A stretch of DNA of 64,000 nt from Paraphysomonas bandaiensis (Eukaryota; Protista; Chrysophyceae): assembly GCA_965644295.1 (NCBI GenBank), contig CBFFRP010000080.1, positions 248,001-312,000 on the forward strand, in the 5' to 3' direction. Below the pieces are notes generated by a model. The model was not told the origin of the DNA. It was given only the letters and a program-made list of their open reading frames with translations, and searched no databases. Both the position numbers and the translations under genes were made by a program. Shown here piece by piece: positions 52,167 through 64,000 of this stretch; positions within the stretch are counted from its first letter, which is position 1; every line of letters begins with the position of its first letter.

Positions 52167-53896
52167 TACTTGAGAAAAGTATCTGTCGTACCAGTAGCAG
52201 AAATATTCAAGAAATTGTCATAGTGTAGAACAATATGTAAGTGAATATCATATTTCATGCACACACTTGCTCTTAGGTGAGGAAAAATGCAACTGATCAG
52301 TCAGTTGCTATTTTACACATTCAATTTTCTATTGCATTGCAATACTTGTAGATATTTTACGAAGTCATGTTACTACTCGAGAGCAATGTAAGTTCATTCT
52401 TACAAGTCCTGCTATTTGCATGGCTAAGAATATCAAATGTTAAGCTTATTTTACAACCTATTCGTTTGTGAAACATAGTCATTCCAAACACTTAGTTTAA
52501 TCTATTGACTGCAGATGCAAGAGTAGTAGTTTGTAGTATAGGAGGTACAAGCGAAGTAATATTAACACGGCGGGCGTAAAATATATTGGATTGCAATATA
52601 TTGGTGTATATATTGTTCATGCTTGTGTGTATTTGACAATATATATATATTATAAATCATAAATTACTCTGCCTTCATAGTCATGTCAACAATTATTAAT
52701 ATAATATCGACCAATTCTGATAATTACCTGCTACGAAGGATACTATTCATGTTCGATATTAGAATTCGTACTGTCTCTATCAAGCATATTGGACAGTGTA
52801 CATGACTCAGTTCCGAGATTCTTACGTCTGCGCCATAACGTTGTTCACTTGTGGAAGGGCTAGAAAACTTAAGATAATGCATTCAAACAATCACAGCATC
52901 AACGAGATTCAGGTGTGGTTACGTCCAATGAATATTGAAGTATGCCAGTTCGTATATGCTTTCTCTTTTTCTACATATTTAAGTTCACTGGTATTTAAAC
53001 GTGTTTATAGTGTGCGAAAAGTATCGTAATAATATTATTTTACACAATGGTATCTCAATTGTATATTCTTCTGCTTGTACATAATATATGTTTGAATACG
53101 TCAATCATTTTAATTACTGGATATGTACGAAGATCTAGATCATATTATTATGAGTTTGCTACCAATAGGATAATTTATTTAAAAAAAATGACAAATAGAA
53201 AACAGAATGGTAACAAAGAGTAAAAATGAAGAAGAATGATGAAAAAGGGAATAATGATGTTCATTCCGTTATATTGATATAGAAAGTGAATGACGGTCAT
53301 TTTTTTGGCCAGGGAATTGCATGTGGTGTTAGAATTGAAAATTACACTGAAGTTAACCTTCCTCTATACGTAAACCTTAAACTTGCTTTCTTGCACACAA
53401 ACGTGCTTTCAATAAAGAAATATAATTTTAATCACAACACTCCGCTACATACTTATGTAGTAACATTCATGTAGTGAATATCTGTTCTCATAAACATCTG
53501 TTTATAAAATGTTCACCAATCTTATATAGTCACTTATTTCATTGATAATAGAATCCTATTTCTTGACTTGGGAAGTTGCTTATAGTTAGTCAGTAGCTAT
53601 AGACATATTTATTCATGTTGATTATTGCGGAAGGGAACCTAAGATGCAGCTAAAACCTATATCATTGGTAAGGGCTGTTGGAACACTTTCTGGACACGAC
53701 GAACCAGAGTTAAATATCCTGACATTCCTGGTAATGCACTTAATTACGATACGGAGAGCCTTTTTGGCTCAGCGGCATCATCGTCCATTTTCCTCCTTCT
53801 CCCTGTGTGTGAAGTAGTTATCTAAAATTTATTCATCTCAATCAAGGCATATTCGCGGTTACGTTGTCTGTTAGACTGCCAAAATTCACGGACTCT

Positions 53897-54070
53897 CACA
53901 CTAGACCTATACTGAGTCATGATGGTATTCTTTGTGTGTCGGCACCAAGCAAACTCTAGCTAGATCTACACTATACTTGCATAGCCCATATGGGATTACG
54001 AGAAACCCCACGCATTCTAGGAGAGGGGAAAGGCGGCCAATGTTACACTAGACCTATACTGAGTCATGAT
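53897..54070 (+). repeat. Partial, rearranged copy of the ~500-bp TIR element
   Basis: Contains GTATTCTTTGTGTGTCGGCACCAAGC...ACACTAGACCTATACTGAGTCAT, also at ~54178-54320. Confidence 0.85.
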
Positions 54071-54095
54071 GATATTACTCATTGCATCATACCTA

Positions 54096-54597
54096 CCCCA
54101 TTCCAAGGGCTTACCCTAGTAAAGTGCTAGCGTTGATTAAGCTAAGTAACGTATAGATTGTTAATAAAAATCTCAGCGTATTCTTTGTGTGTCGGCACCA
54201 AGCAAACTCTAGCTAGATCTACACTATACTTGCATAGCCCATATGGAATTACGAGAAACCCCGCGCATTCTAGGAGAGGGGAAAGGCGACCAATATCACA
54301 CTAGACCTATACTGAGTCATTCATGGTCACGAGAAGCTCCACATAATCTTTGTTAGGCAATGGGAAGGTCAACATGGTCCCACTAGAATCTGCGCGAATT
54401 ACATATATATTATATAAGTCATACATAGCTATGAGAAATCCCGCGTAATCTTAGCAAATGTGAACACGGGTGGAGCGGCAACAGAATCTGCGCGTGATCT
54501 ATGCGGTCAGTTACGTTGGTAAGTCAGTGTTATGTATGATATGTGGTATACCACCGAGCCCAAACTATGGCCACATGGCCACGCCCTCGGAATGGGG
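54096..54597 (+). mobile_element. MITE-like element, full copy
   Basis: CCCCATTCCAAG ... CTCGGAATGGGG terminal inverted repeats, ~500 bp, non-coding. Homologous to 57551-58046 and to the reverse complement of 62874-63377. Confidence 0.85.
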
Positions 54598-55050
54598 CAA
54601 TACTTTATATCACTTTTAAGTCAATTTGCAAAGCACCACTAGTAATAGAGAAATATAGCTACGAGTAGTCATGATAAATATCTTAGTTATGTGATATGTC
54701 TCGCACAGTAACACACCTATTCACACTCATCTTATTTTCACCAGAGCATAGGTCTCAGAGCACATAGATAGCCCAACTTCTTCAGTTCTGGTAGGTTGCT
54801 AGTGGATGTCTAACAAAACTTCGACATTCAGACGATATTGTTTTTCAGGGAATGGTAGATCGTTAGGAAATAGCAAGGAGATTAATTAATGCTGGTGTAT
54901 TATATTGAACAAGATAAATCATGAGCTACACAAGAAACAGTCATAAGTAAAATTTATTTCTAATTATATTTAATATAACAAATATAACAGTGTACTAAAA
55001 TTCTATATAATGTGAGCTAGTAAAGTTCATGTTATCTCATCACTTATGAC

Positions 55051-56214
55051 CTACACAACAGGGCATGAGAGTTGTGGGGAGAATGCTTCCCACTTGAGGT
55101 TCTCCTTCTTAACGCCGGCTGTAATCAATCCGTGTGCCATCCCCCCCATGAAAGATGTCGGACCACATAGATAAAACATACAGTCGGCTCCTACTTCATT
55201 AACCAAAGCGTTAGCGATGTCATTGACAACAGGACGGCCTAATTTTTCTGTAAAATAATACTGATTATTTCCGGTATTTACTTTTTCAAAGTGGTCGTAG
55301 AATGGTACCGCAGCTTGGTTTTTGTCAACATGAATAGTTTTAACATGGGTAGTTCCAGCATTCGTGAGAGCATCAATGAAAGACTTCATTATTGTCCTAC
55401 CAATTCCGGCACTGACAAGAACAGGCTTCATTTCATTTGAAACCAATGTGAAAGGACCAAATGGAGGAGACAGTTGAACTATGCCCCCAACAGCAAGTAC
55501 ATCGTGTAGATATGTACTAACAACACCTCCATCTATCTTTTTAAGGCTGACTTCGAAGAAATTATCTCCTGGTTTAGACGTGACCGTGTAGTGTCTAGGG
55601 CTAGTATACGTGCCGTCACCGTTTAAGTCCACACGAATGCTCAAGTACTGTCCCGGTGTGAACTCGAAGGGCCCACTAGAACCGTCAGCAGGAACAAACC
55701 GGAAGGTCTTGACACCAGTAGACAAATCCTTGATGCTGTTAACAGTGAAGTTCTACCAACCTCTCCAGCCACCGGAGCGGGCTGCCGCCGCCTCATAGCG
55801 GCCTTCTTCATTGTCAATGAGCAACTTGGCCAAGAAATTGACGGCCTCAGACCACGCCGCTCCGATCTCTGGAGTCACAGCAGGCTTGAGAACTTCAGCA
55901 ACAGCAATAAGTAAGTTGTCGTGGACGATGGGATAGTGCTCTGGTAGGACCTGTAGACCACAGTGCTTGCTTGCAATCAGTTCTACTGCATCACCAAGAG
56001 CCCCTAAGTTATCAATATTCAAGGCATATGCAATGATTGCATTTGCGAGGGCCTTGGACTGTCTCCCTGCAGATTGGTTGGCTACATTAAAAAACTGAGA
56101 TGCCTCAGGATTATTACGAAACATAGTCTCATAAAACACCCTCGTGATCTCCTCGGCATGCTCCGCTACCAGTGGTGCAGTGGCCTTGACAATATCAATA
56201 GTGGACTGGTTCAT
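55051..56214 (-). pseudogene. hmp: Flavohemoglobin (NO dioxygenase) with a single in-frame TAG at 55753-55755
   Basis: Globin: FYETMFRNNPE, IASKHCGLQVLPEHYPIV. Then GGWRGW*NFTV in the same frame, followed by FAD/NAD domains (PGQYLSI, RHYTVTS, GVVSTYLH, PPFGPF, YLCGP). 388 codons, no introns. Confidence 0.88.
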
Positions 56215-57550
56215 GTGAAAGAACGGAAGATGTTGAGTGGGATACTTATACCTAAACAGATATGAATAGTGATATCCGATGCATAATGATACCTATCTGC
56301 ACCTCTCTTTTGCACATTGAAGTATATGGTAGTTGAAGATGAGGATAACTTTGAGTTGAATTTAAAGTAGAGTGTTTTTGTTCTACATCTTCATATGTGG
56401 CCAACAGCACGTGCACAAACTCAGGAATTTTCAGTTAATTTTACAAAAAAAAATGTGCTAAAAAAGTCGTACAGCAGTTCTCTCTTTATTGTGGAGACAA
56501 AAGACATTTTTTTTCAAGAAAATTGTTTTTGTCAGGTGCAAACGAAGCCGTAATTATAGTGCACAGAAAGACAAAAGACAAAACAGTGTCGCTTGTTCTC
56601 ACTGAATACACAGTATTGCGAAGCAAAGTATTCACTGAATAATGCTGCGATTTCTAGAAATCCCATTCAGAAATGTGGAGTTTGGGAAAATCTATTCTTG
56701 TAAAGGACAATGCCACAAGAACTACGATTTGGTTAAGTTCTTTAAACTTCTAGTGGCACCCTGCCAGCTGCGTACCCCAGAAGCAGGCTATAAACATGGT
56801 GTTGAGGCACTTGACTGTGACGGAGGCATTGACAAAAGGAAACCAAAATGCTTTCCATGGCTAGAGGAAGGGATCTAATTGAAGCTTTATGAAAGTGTTT
56901 CCTCAAGTGGAACTTCCCACTGTGCATGCCTGCTATTGATCTGAGGCCCCGTCAGACCCACTCTAATCACAGGCTTTCCAATCAACAGCGGCTAAGAAAC
57001 GCGCACGAGAGCACTTCTGAATAGCAGCCGGTGACTATAGAGTAAAAATCAGTGCCTCATATTAGAAGTGGCGATCGCCGGGAGAATCATCTTTTCCACG
57101 TGCTTCCATGAGCAGTGTAGAGGTTGGGGACGAATCCGATGAATATAAACAGGAGCTTTACGTTGGAGGTCGTGATGTATATCCCCATATCGGGCGGGGG
57201 ACTGCCAGATTAAACAGCAAAAAATGCTCCAGGGATTAACCCTACAACAAAAGGTTGGTATGTGACAATGCTCGAATAACCAATGGTCTCTACACTGCAA
57301 TAAACCCCGAAACAATAGTCTATTTAGTTATTTACTATAAGTTAATGTGTGCATTTTATCTTCCCTTCACACAATTTTGTTTTTGTCATTTCCGTATTGA
57401 GTTGTTTATTGTCTTATATTACCAAAATTGTATATTCGAATGATCAATTATGTTAAAAAATCGGTATACCTAGCAAATAGAAATCAATATATGAATGTAG
57501 CCCGGTGTATTAAAGATGGTTGATTGATATTACTCATTGCATCATACCTA

Positions 57551-58046
57551 CCCCATTCCAAGGGCTTACCCTCGTAAAGTGCTAGCGTTGATTAAGCTAT
57601 GTAACGTATAGATTATTAATAAAAATCTCAGCGTATTCTTTGTGTGTCGGCACCAAGCAAACTCTAGCTAGATCTACACTATACTTGCATAGCCCATATG
57701 GAATTACGAGAAACCCCGCGCATTCTAGGAGAGGGAAGGGGCGGCCAATGTCACACTAGACCTATACTGAGTCATTCATGGTCACGAGAAGCTCCACATA
57801 ATCTTTGTTAGGCAATGGGAAGGTAAACATGGTCCCACTAGAATCTGCGCGAATTACATATATATTATATAAGTCATACATAGCTATGAGAAATCCCGCG
57901 TAATCTTAGCAAATGTGAACACGGGTGGGGCGGCAACAGGATCTGCGCGTGATCTATGCGGTCAGCTACGTTGGTACACGGGTAGGCGGGGGGTAGAGTC
58001 AGTGTTATATGTGATATGTGGTATACCAGTGGCACTCGGAATGGGG
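57551..58046 (+). mobile_element. MITE-like element, full copy
   Basis: Same TIRs and interior as 54096-54597; also shares a ~25-bp left flank with that copy. Confidence 0.85.
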
Positions 58047-59013
58047 CTGATGTTAATGAGGACTCTAAAATACAGAATTCATGAATAGCGCAGATAATAT
58101 TGATCATGATTTATAAGTACTGGCATTGCACTGGCAAGTACTGATATAGGGTACAACCATCTAAACTGGTGTGCAGTTACATGATGGTTACTCTGTTTTA
58201 TAGGTACTTCACTAGTTTGCGTAGATATACCTATACGTGGGGGTCCTCTTAAAACCAATATATAAGTATAGAATTCGGCACACAAATGTGGATAAATCAA
58301 CAATCGAGATTTTTTACATCCCCTAAATTACAGATACTTGCTAATTGAGCTCACGGCAAATAGATTTGCCGAACTATAAATCTGCTCTCCCCCAACCCCA
58401 ACAACACTACCAATAAAATATTGCAATATTGCACTCTCTTCCCCTCGACGCTCCCTACTGTGCCCCCAAAACTTACTTGATGCAGCTTGTAAAAATCAGG
58501 CTTCAAATAATATTTTCAAAACAAGTAAACCGCATTTTCCAATTGTTTATTTTAATATTCAGGGCCCGATAACAATATAAATATATATATTGATATCGGT
58601 AGTAAATATAGTAGCAACTCTGTAGAGGTCACAACATGATGATGAATCCCAATTGTAATTCAGCAACTAGTACTCTAAGTATGCCAACACTTCGTCACTG
58701 CCGTCCTCATTCTTGTCTGTCTTTTGCTTTACTGTATATATAATGCACTAACACTAACATTGAGTAGCCATTATATCGCTATATCCAAAAATGAATAATT
58801 ACTTGAGCAGGTGATTCCCATGATTATTTTTCCCTCTCCCTATATCTACTATTAAATCTACTTATTAAATCTACTTTGTTATCTATATTACTTTTTATTA
58901 TAACATTATAAATAATATATAAAGTAATTAATTTTATTATAAGAATATAAATAATATATAAAGTAATTAAGTTATTAATAATAAGTTATAAAGTTAAATT
59001 AGCAAGGAGAGAT

Positions 59014-59044
59014 AATTACAACCGCAAGCCTTGCGGTTGTAATT
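59014..59044. repeat. Perfect inverted repeat (hairpin) next to an AT-rich low-complexity tract
   Basis: AATTACAACCGCAAG-C-CTTGCGGTTGTAATT. Confidence 0.9.
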
Positions 59045-59202
59045 GGAAACTCTCGAAGAGAAGGCCCCAATGAAATGGGGTAGGGGTTAAAAAAAGGGCT
59101 TGCCTCTTTTCCCGCCTCCGTGTTTTTTTTGAACTCATTGGTATTGAGCAATGACTTGCGGTACCATTTAATTGCATTTGTTTTAATGCAGTAGAACGTC
59201 AG

Positions 59203-59409
59203 GTGACATTGGCCGCCTTTCCCCGCTCCTAGAATGCGCGGGGTTTCTCGTAATCCCATATGGGCTACGCAAGTATAGTGTAGATCTAGCTAGAGCTTGC
59301 TTGGTGCCGACACACAAAGAATACGCTGAGATTTTTATTAACAATCTATACGTTACTTAGCTTAATCAACGCTAACACTTTACTTGGGTACGCTCTCGGA
59401 ATGGGGCAG
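59203..59409 (-). mobile_element. MITE-like element, truncated inverted copy
   Basis: Matches ~63175-63380; ends CTCGGAATGGGGCAG followed by TA. Confidence 0.85.
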
Positions 59410-59608
59410 TAACTATACAGTAAATATTTATACAGGACACAAAAGAATTCATACAGGAAACAAAAGACGACGGCATATATTGTACACTAGAGATTGTATA
59501 TACAAGCACACATTTTTCGCGTCTCAATCCTATCTCATTACGATAACAAAGAAACGTTCATCATAGTCATACTTCTTATATCAGAGTGGCTATCACACAA
59601 TAAAAATG

Positions 59609-61006
59609 TTAATAATCAGAGTAATCAGAGTAATCAAAATCATCCAGGCCTGATTCAGAATAATAATGAGATTCAAAGTCACCTGCAACATCGTCGTATT
59701 CACTATCGTATTCACTGTCGTTTTCACTATCGCCTTCACTATCGTCTTCACTGTCGTTTTCACTATCGCCTTCACTTTCGCCGTCACTGTAGTAATCAGA
59801 GGAATCAAAATCGGAAACCTCAACATACACCGCTGCGTTGGAATTATTGATGTAGCCGTTCTTATACATTGACGAATCAATGCTCACAACAAAATCAGGT
59901 GTTCGCCACTCGCAGAGCGCTCTTACAGCATCTGGAGTTATACTGTACGTAATAAACCTATCTCTCGAATACCCCTTGAAGTCCATCAGGTCCAGCTGCC
60001 GTAGTTTCGGAAAGCCATTGTGAAAGTAACGCAGAGTAGAATCTGATATATCCTTCCAACCAGTGAGGGATAAGTATTGCAGCTCCAAACATCCACAGGA
60101 GAGTTTGTGAATAGCTTCATCACTTAGCACTCGACAGAAGGACAGTTTAAGTGAAATTAATGTTGTGGCGGAGGCGGCAAGACACTCAAACGTCGATTCA
60201 TCGATTCCGTCACACCCCGACAGATCCAGGGTTTGTATAAGGCTTCCACGTCGAGAAATAAGGAGACACAGAGAATTGCTGGTTATATCTGGACAGTAGG
60301 CCAGTGCAAGGTGTCGGAGTTGGTTCAAGGAGTGAAGGGAACATACAGCAGGATCGGTCAACTGAGAGGAGTTAGAAAAGTCCAGATAACTCAAATTCGG
60401 ACACCCAGCGCAGAGTTCACCAATCGCGTCATTGGAAATCAACCAGCAGTTCTGAAGGACCACTGAGCGGAGAGCATGGGCATATCGAGCTAGAAATAAA
60501 ATAGCATTATTACTTAATTTCGAGCACCCAGAAAGATTAATTTCAGTGAGTTTGTTGCACAGATCTCCAGAATACGCCGTGTCCACACGCACAAGATTAT
60601 GCAACTGGTCGTTATTCAACACAGTCAATTTCTGAATATTAACACAACGAGTTAGTATGAAGTTAAGTCCTATACTCGTGAAGCGTCCACCACTCAGCAC
60701 TATGCTTGTAAAGGCGGTACTCTTACTAAACAATTGGAAGATATCGCCATCAGCCATATCAGTATCATGCACTTCAATATCCCGCAACATCGGGAAGGCA
60801 TTGCAAATCCACCATGCTGTGTAAGTATCTATTTCTTTCGGTATACCGCAGAGATGGGTGACAGAAGCATAGCTCTCAGATAGTTTTGATCTGCAGCTCT
60901 TATTGGACACAGCACTATCAAGAGAGGCTATTTCACCTAGCGTCAGGTAACTTCCAATAGTAAACCCAATAACTTCCGCTGGTAGCAAATCAATAAACGA
61001 TCCCAT
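59609..61006 (-). CDS. F-box-like / cysteine-containing LRR protein (FBXL/AMN1-type) with acidic C-terminal tail
   Basis: 465-aa intact ORF. N-terminal LLPAEVI...YLTLGEIASLDSA (F-box-like); repeated LxxLxLsgCxxIsD units; Asp/Glu/Ser tail. Confidence 0.88.
   Translation of the reverse strand: MGSFIDLLPAEVIGFTIGSYLTLGEIASLDSAVSNKSCRSKLSESYASVTHLCGIPKEIDTYTAWWICNAFPMLRDIEVHDTDMADGDIFQLFSKSTAFTSIVLSGGRFTSIGLNFILTRCVNIQKLTVLNNDQLHNLVRVDTAYSGDLCNKLTEINLSGCSKLSNNAILFLARYAHALRSVVLQNCWLISNDAIGELCAGCPNLSYLDFSNSSQLTDPAVCSLHSLNQLRHLALAYCPDITSNSLCLLISRRGSLIQTLDLSGCDGIDESTFECLAASATTLISLKLSFCRVLSDEAIHKLSCGCLELQYLSLTGWKDISDSTLRYFHNGFPKLRQLDLMDFKGYSRDRFITYSITPDAVRALCEWRTPDFVVSIDSSMYKNGYINNSNAAVYVEVSDFDSSDYYSDGESEGDSENDSEDDSEGDSENDSEYDSEYDDVAGDFESHYYSESGLDDFDYSDYSDY
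59694..59790 (-). repeat. 12-bp tandem repeat encoding (DSEx)n acidic tail
   Basis: TTCACTRTCG-type unit repeated ~8 times; translates DSEGDSENDSEDDSE... Confidence 0.85.
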
Positions 61007-61128
61007 GCTTTACTGACAAAATATAAGCAGAGTATCTTCACCCTCTGCCCAATGGGTGTAGCATATACACTACACCTCACCCTCCTGTACACTGCTGGTG
61101 TATAGCATAACAGCAGTAGGAATTCCTA

Positions 61129-61900
61129 CAGTCCGTACCACCATAATAAGCCATACTTCGAATACTGTCCACCATAAGGGCACTATCAACAATTAGAAAA
61201 CCCAGATTTTGTTTAAAAAACAAGTTTTTTCTACAAAACACAGTTTCTGACTTGTAAAACCATGGTTTAATACTGAAAACCCCTAAGTTAATGTTTAAAG
61301 TATCGTATTCCACACTCCAGTATGGAAACTTTTTATTATCGCACTACGAATAAATAAGTATGTAAATTATAACTACGTCGACTTAGATCTTCAGACAGAG
61401 AAAAAATGGTGTATCGCTCATTGTGACGAAGATTGGGTGCGCTCCTGTGAGTAGCATTTAGTCAATTCACAAGCGTTCTTGAAAAAATTGTAGTGAATAG
61501 CAGGAGCATTTTCACAACTACTTTGCATGGTGAAGTCGTATACAACACGCATTGCATCATGAAATTGATTCAAAGTTACTGTAGATGAAGTGGTAGTAGT
61601 ATCAACACTCGTGTCAGTTAGATCATCATCATCTACTGTAGCTGTTAGTGGAGAAATAGAAAAAGCTTCGAAGCGCTCCTTGGCTTCCTCAATTTCAGCT
61701 TCTACGACCATAGGGTCACTCGCGAACTGACTGTACCAGGAACTTTTCTGCTGTGTACCTGGATGGCTGAATAGCTAGCTAAATCTGGACACCCACTGAC
61801 TGCAGTGTGTTGAAGAACAAGGGTCTGGTTCAACTATGAGCTCTACTGCATCAGCCACTGAGGTATAGACACAGATTAAAACACTAAATTTCTTAATCGA
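61129..61900 (-). mobile_element. Possible pogo/Tigger-like transposase C-terminal remnant
   Basis: ORF 61418-61711 has an acidic stretch plus TLNQFHDAMRVVYDF and continues past the stop as AIHHFF (QxxIxxFF-like end). TA-CAGT at 61127-61132 resembles a pogo terminus. Confidence 0.35.
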
Positions 61901-61924
61901 TTTGCATACCAATCGCAAGCTACG

Positions 61925-62740
61925 ATGTCTATGAAGCGCACCCTTCTCCGCAATATGCGCTTCGAATTGATTCCTCTCAACGATCAACTGCTAGAGGCAT
62001 AACTACCACATTGTCTTGTTCATTGAATAAAGGTATATAATCCACAGCGGAACTGACAGGGGTCTTAATGTCAAGAGGTCACCCAACAGCACCACATATA
62101 GTTGCACGTCAAATTGACGGCCCGAAACACACAAGAGAACTAGTCGAGTGGCTTCGAGGGAATAAGCTTGTAAGTGGGAGTGATGTAGCTACTCCACGAT
62201 ATTATCCAGACTCACTCTCTTTTATGAGAAGTTTACTAGAGCTCGACACAGACTTAAAAGTGGTGGACATTGCTGTGCATTCCGAAACATAGCAATGCTG
62301 ACCCTAACATAGCAATGCTCCATGAGGCGATACTTGCCAAACAGAAACTTCTCCGGCAGGCAGGCGTTAAAGGAGTTGGTGTATCACAGTTGTGTTTTGA
62401 TGCATACAGCTTTATTGAATGGCTCCGTGCCGAACGTGACACCGGATTTGAAGTACCGTTCATGGTTCGTATAGCCAGTGTTGTTGGTGTACATAGGCTT
62501 GTAGAAATTGAATGTAAGTTGGGAATCGGAAATTCTCTTCATATGCTAGGAAAAATGAACTCGGGTCTTCAACCACTACTTATGACAAGTGGCTATGATC
62601 CTTCTGATTACTTAGATTCGATTGACCCTGAAGCCAAGCGGCTGAATATTGTAGGTATTCATAGCTGCACTTTTAACTGTGTTGCCTCCACTGCGCAGTG
62701 GCGTAAACAGCATGCATATAATATTGACTGGTTAATATAA
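61925..62740 (+). pseudogene. Bacterial-type methylenetetrahydrofolate reductase (MetF-like) pseudogene
   Basis: Ordered fragments MRFELIPL, TLSCSLNKGI*ST, APHIVAR, LAKQ, VSQLCFDA..IEWLRAER..G, GIGNSL, YDP, GIHSCTFNCVASTAQWR. Internal stop, at least two frameshifts, no introns. Confidence 0.72.
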
Positions 62741-62873
62741 TTATTTGTTTTTCTCTAAAACAACCTGATAGAGCATCATATAGGTAGGAATGACCAACGA
62801 ATCGCGAGCGAGAATGAAATAATACTCACTATAGTCAATAAATATTACGAATTAAAAGTGACGTTAGGTATTG

Positions 62874-63377
62874 CCCCATTCCGAGGGCGTGGTCATGTGG
62901 GCTCGCTGGTATACTGGTATATCACATATAACACTGACTCTACCCCTCGCCTACCCGTGTAACAACGTAGCTGACCGCATAGATCACGCGCAGATTCTGT
63001 TGCCGCCCCACCCGTGTTCACATTTGCTAAGATTACGCGGGATTTCTCATAGCTATGCATGACTTATATATGTAATTCGCGCAGATTCTAGTGGGACCAT
63101 GTTTACCTTCCCATTGCCTAACAAAGATTACGTGGAGCTTCTCGTGACCATGCATGACTCAGTATAGGTCTAGTGTGACATTGGCCGCCCCTTCCCTCTC
63201 CTAGAATGCGCGGGGTTTCTCGTAATCCCATATGGGCTATGCAAGCATAGTGTAGATCTAGCTAGAGTTTGCTTGGTGCCGACACACAAAGAATACGCTG
63301 AGATTTTATTAACAATCTATACGTTACTTAGCTTAATCAACGCTAGCACTTTACTAGGGTACGTTCTCGGAATGGGG
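62874..63377 (-). mobile_element. MITE-like element, full inverted copy
   Basis: TA-TTGCCCCATTCCGAG ... CTCGGAATGGGGAAA-TA. Perfect 12-bp core TIR with TA on both flanks. Confidence 0.88.
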
Positions 63378-64000
63378 AAATATCAATTTACGAAAAGCGA
63401 AATTACCTTCTCCATTGACACCCACGACAACTGTGTCAGATTTATTGTCATAGTATATGCGATGAATTGTCCACAATTGGATTACATTCGTTTTCGCTTT
63501 CGTCATTCGAAGCAAAACTACCATAGAACCTTCACAAAATACGCCTAATTTATCTATAATTTCCCCACAAGGAGTGTTAGTGGGATTAGGAATGCGACAA
63601 CGTCCATCATAAGGAGCTTTTGGCCCCGCTCCATGTAAATATTAAAGAAAGAAACGCTGGATTTGAGATATTTCATTGAATAGCTAACACGATTGTATTG
63701 CTACATTGTTATACCACATCAGTGTTGTTGTTCACTCATTCCACTCTATAAAGAACTCGAAAGCCCTCTGCATAGCTTCCAGATAGGACAGCACAGACAT
63801 CGAGAGCAGTGGACCAGACCGTTGGACCACTGGCAGTACATTTAGACCAAAACAGTTGGACCACTGGCAGTACCATACAGTTTGCTTGACCATTATAGTT
63901 ACGATGAAGACCAGTACAGTGGACTGCTGTACTCGTTTTTTCTGTCCACTGTAGTGTACCGTATAGTACGACCGTAGAGTTTTTATAGGTTGCGTTTCTT

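Noticed and set aside
55753-55755. Genome-wide TAG reassignment as explanation for the hmp in-frame stop
   Set aside because: TAG terminates hmp itself (55051-53) and the PKS (52164-66) at expected C-termini, and the 12,601-codon ORF contains no in-frame TAG.
56600-57320. Coding-like degenerate stretch upstream of hmp
   Set aside because: Stops in all frames and no motif I can assign with confidence.
63821-63873. 19-bp direct repeat pair GTTGGACCACTGGCAGTAC (CRISPR-like?)
   Set aside because: Only two copies with a 15-nt spacer, eukaryotic context and no cas genes.

Overview
Eukaryotic nuclear DNA: 46-58 nt GT-AG introns, LTR and non-LTR retroelement debris, and an F-box/LRR gene. A protist such as a chrysophyte-like stramenopile is my inference, not a database result. 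The window is dominated by one giant modular type I polyketide synthase gene. A 37.8-kb uninterrupted exon (ORF 13361-51166) encodes a CurA/SxtA-type GNAT-like loading domain + ACP and eight extension modules. The ORF-track stop lies inside an intron: five further small exons (to 52166) splice in frame to give a C-terminal thioesterase (~12,850 aa). A likely upstream exon (13128-13260) adds an Arg/Ser-rich, acid-free peptide resembling a mitochondrial presequence (~12,900 aa total). Six modules carry a near-identical AT and two have none. Modules are a mosaic of near-identical DNA blocks alternating with divergent ones. Colinear reading predicts a C18 hydroxy-keto-triene. Left flank (1-12 kb): nested, decayed Copia, Gypsy, LINE and pogo-like elements. 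Right flank: a ~500-bp TIR element (MITE) family, a flavohemoglobin with one in-frame TAG at the globin/reductase junction, an F-box/LRR gene and a decayed bacterial-type MTHFR-like gene. Domain and element boundaries are by-eye estimates; the splice junctions were counted base by base.
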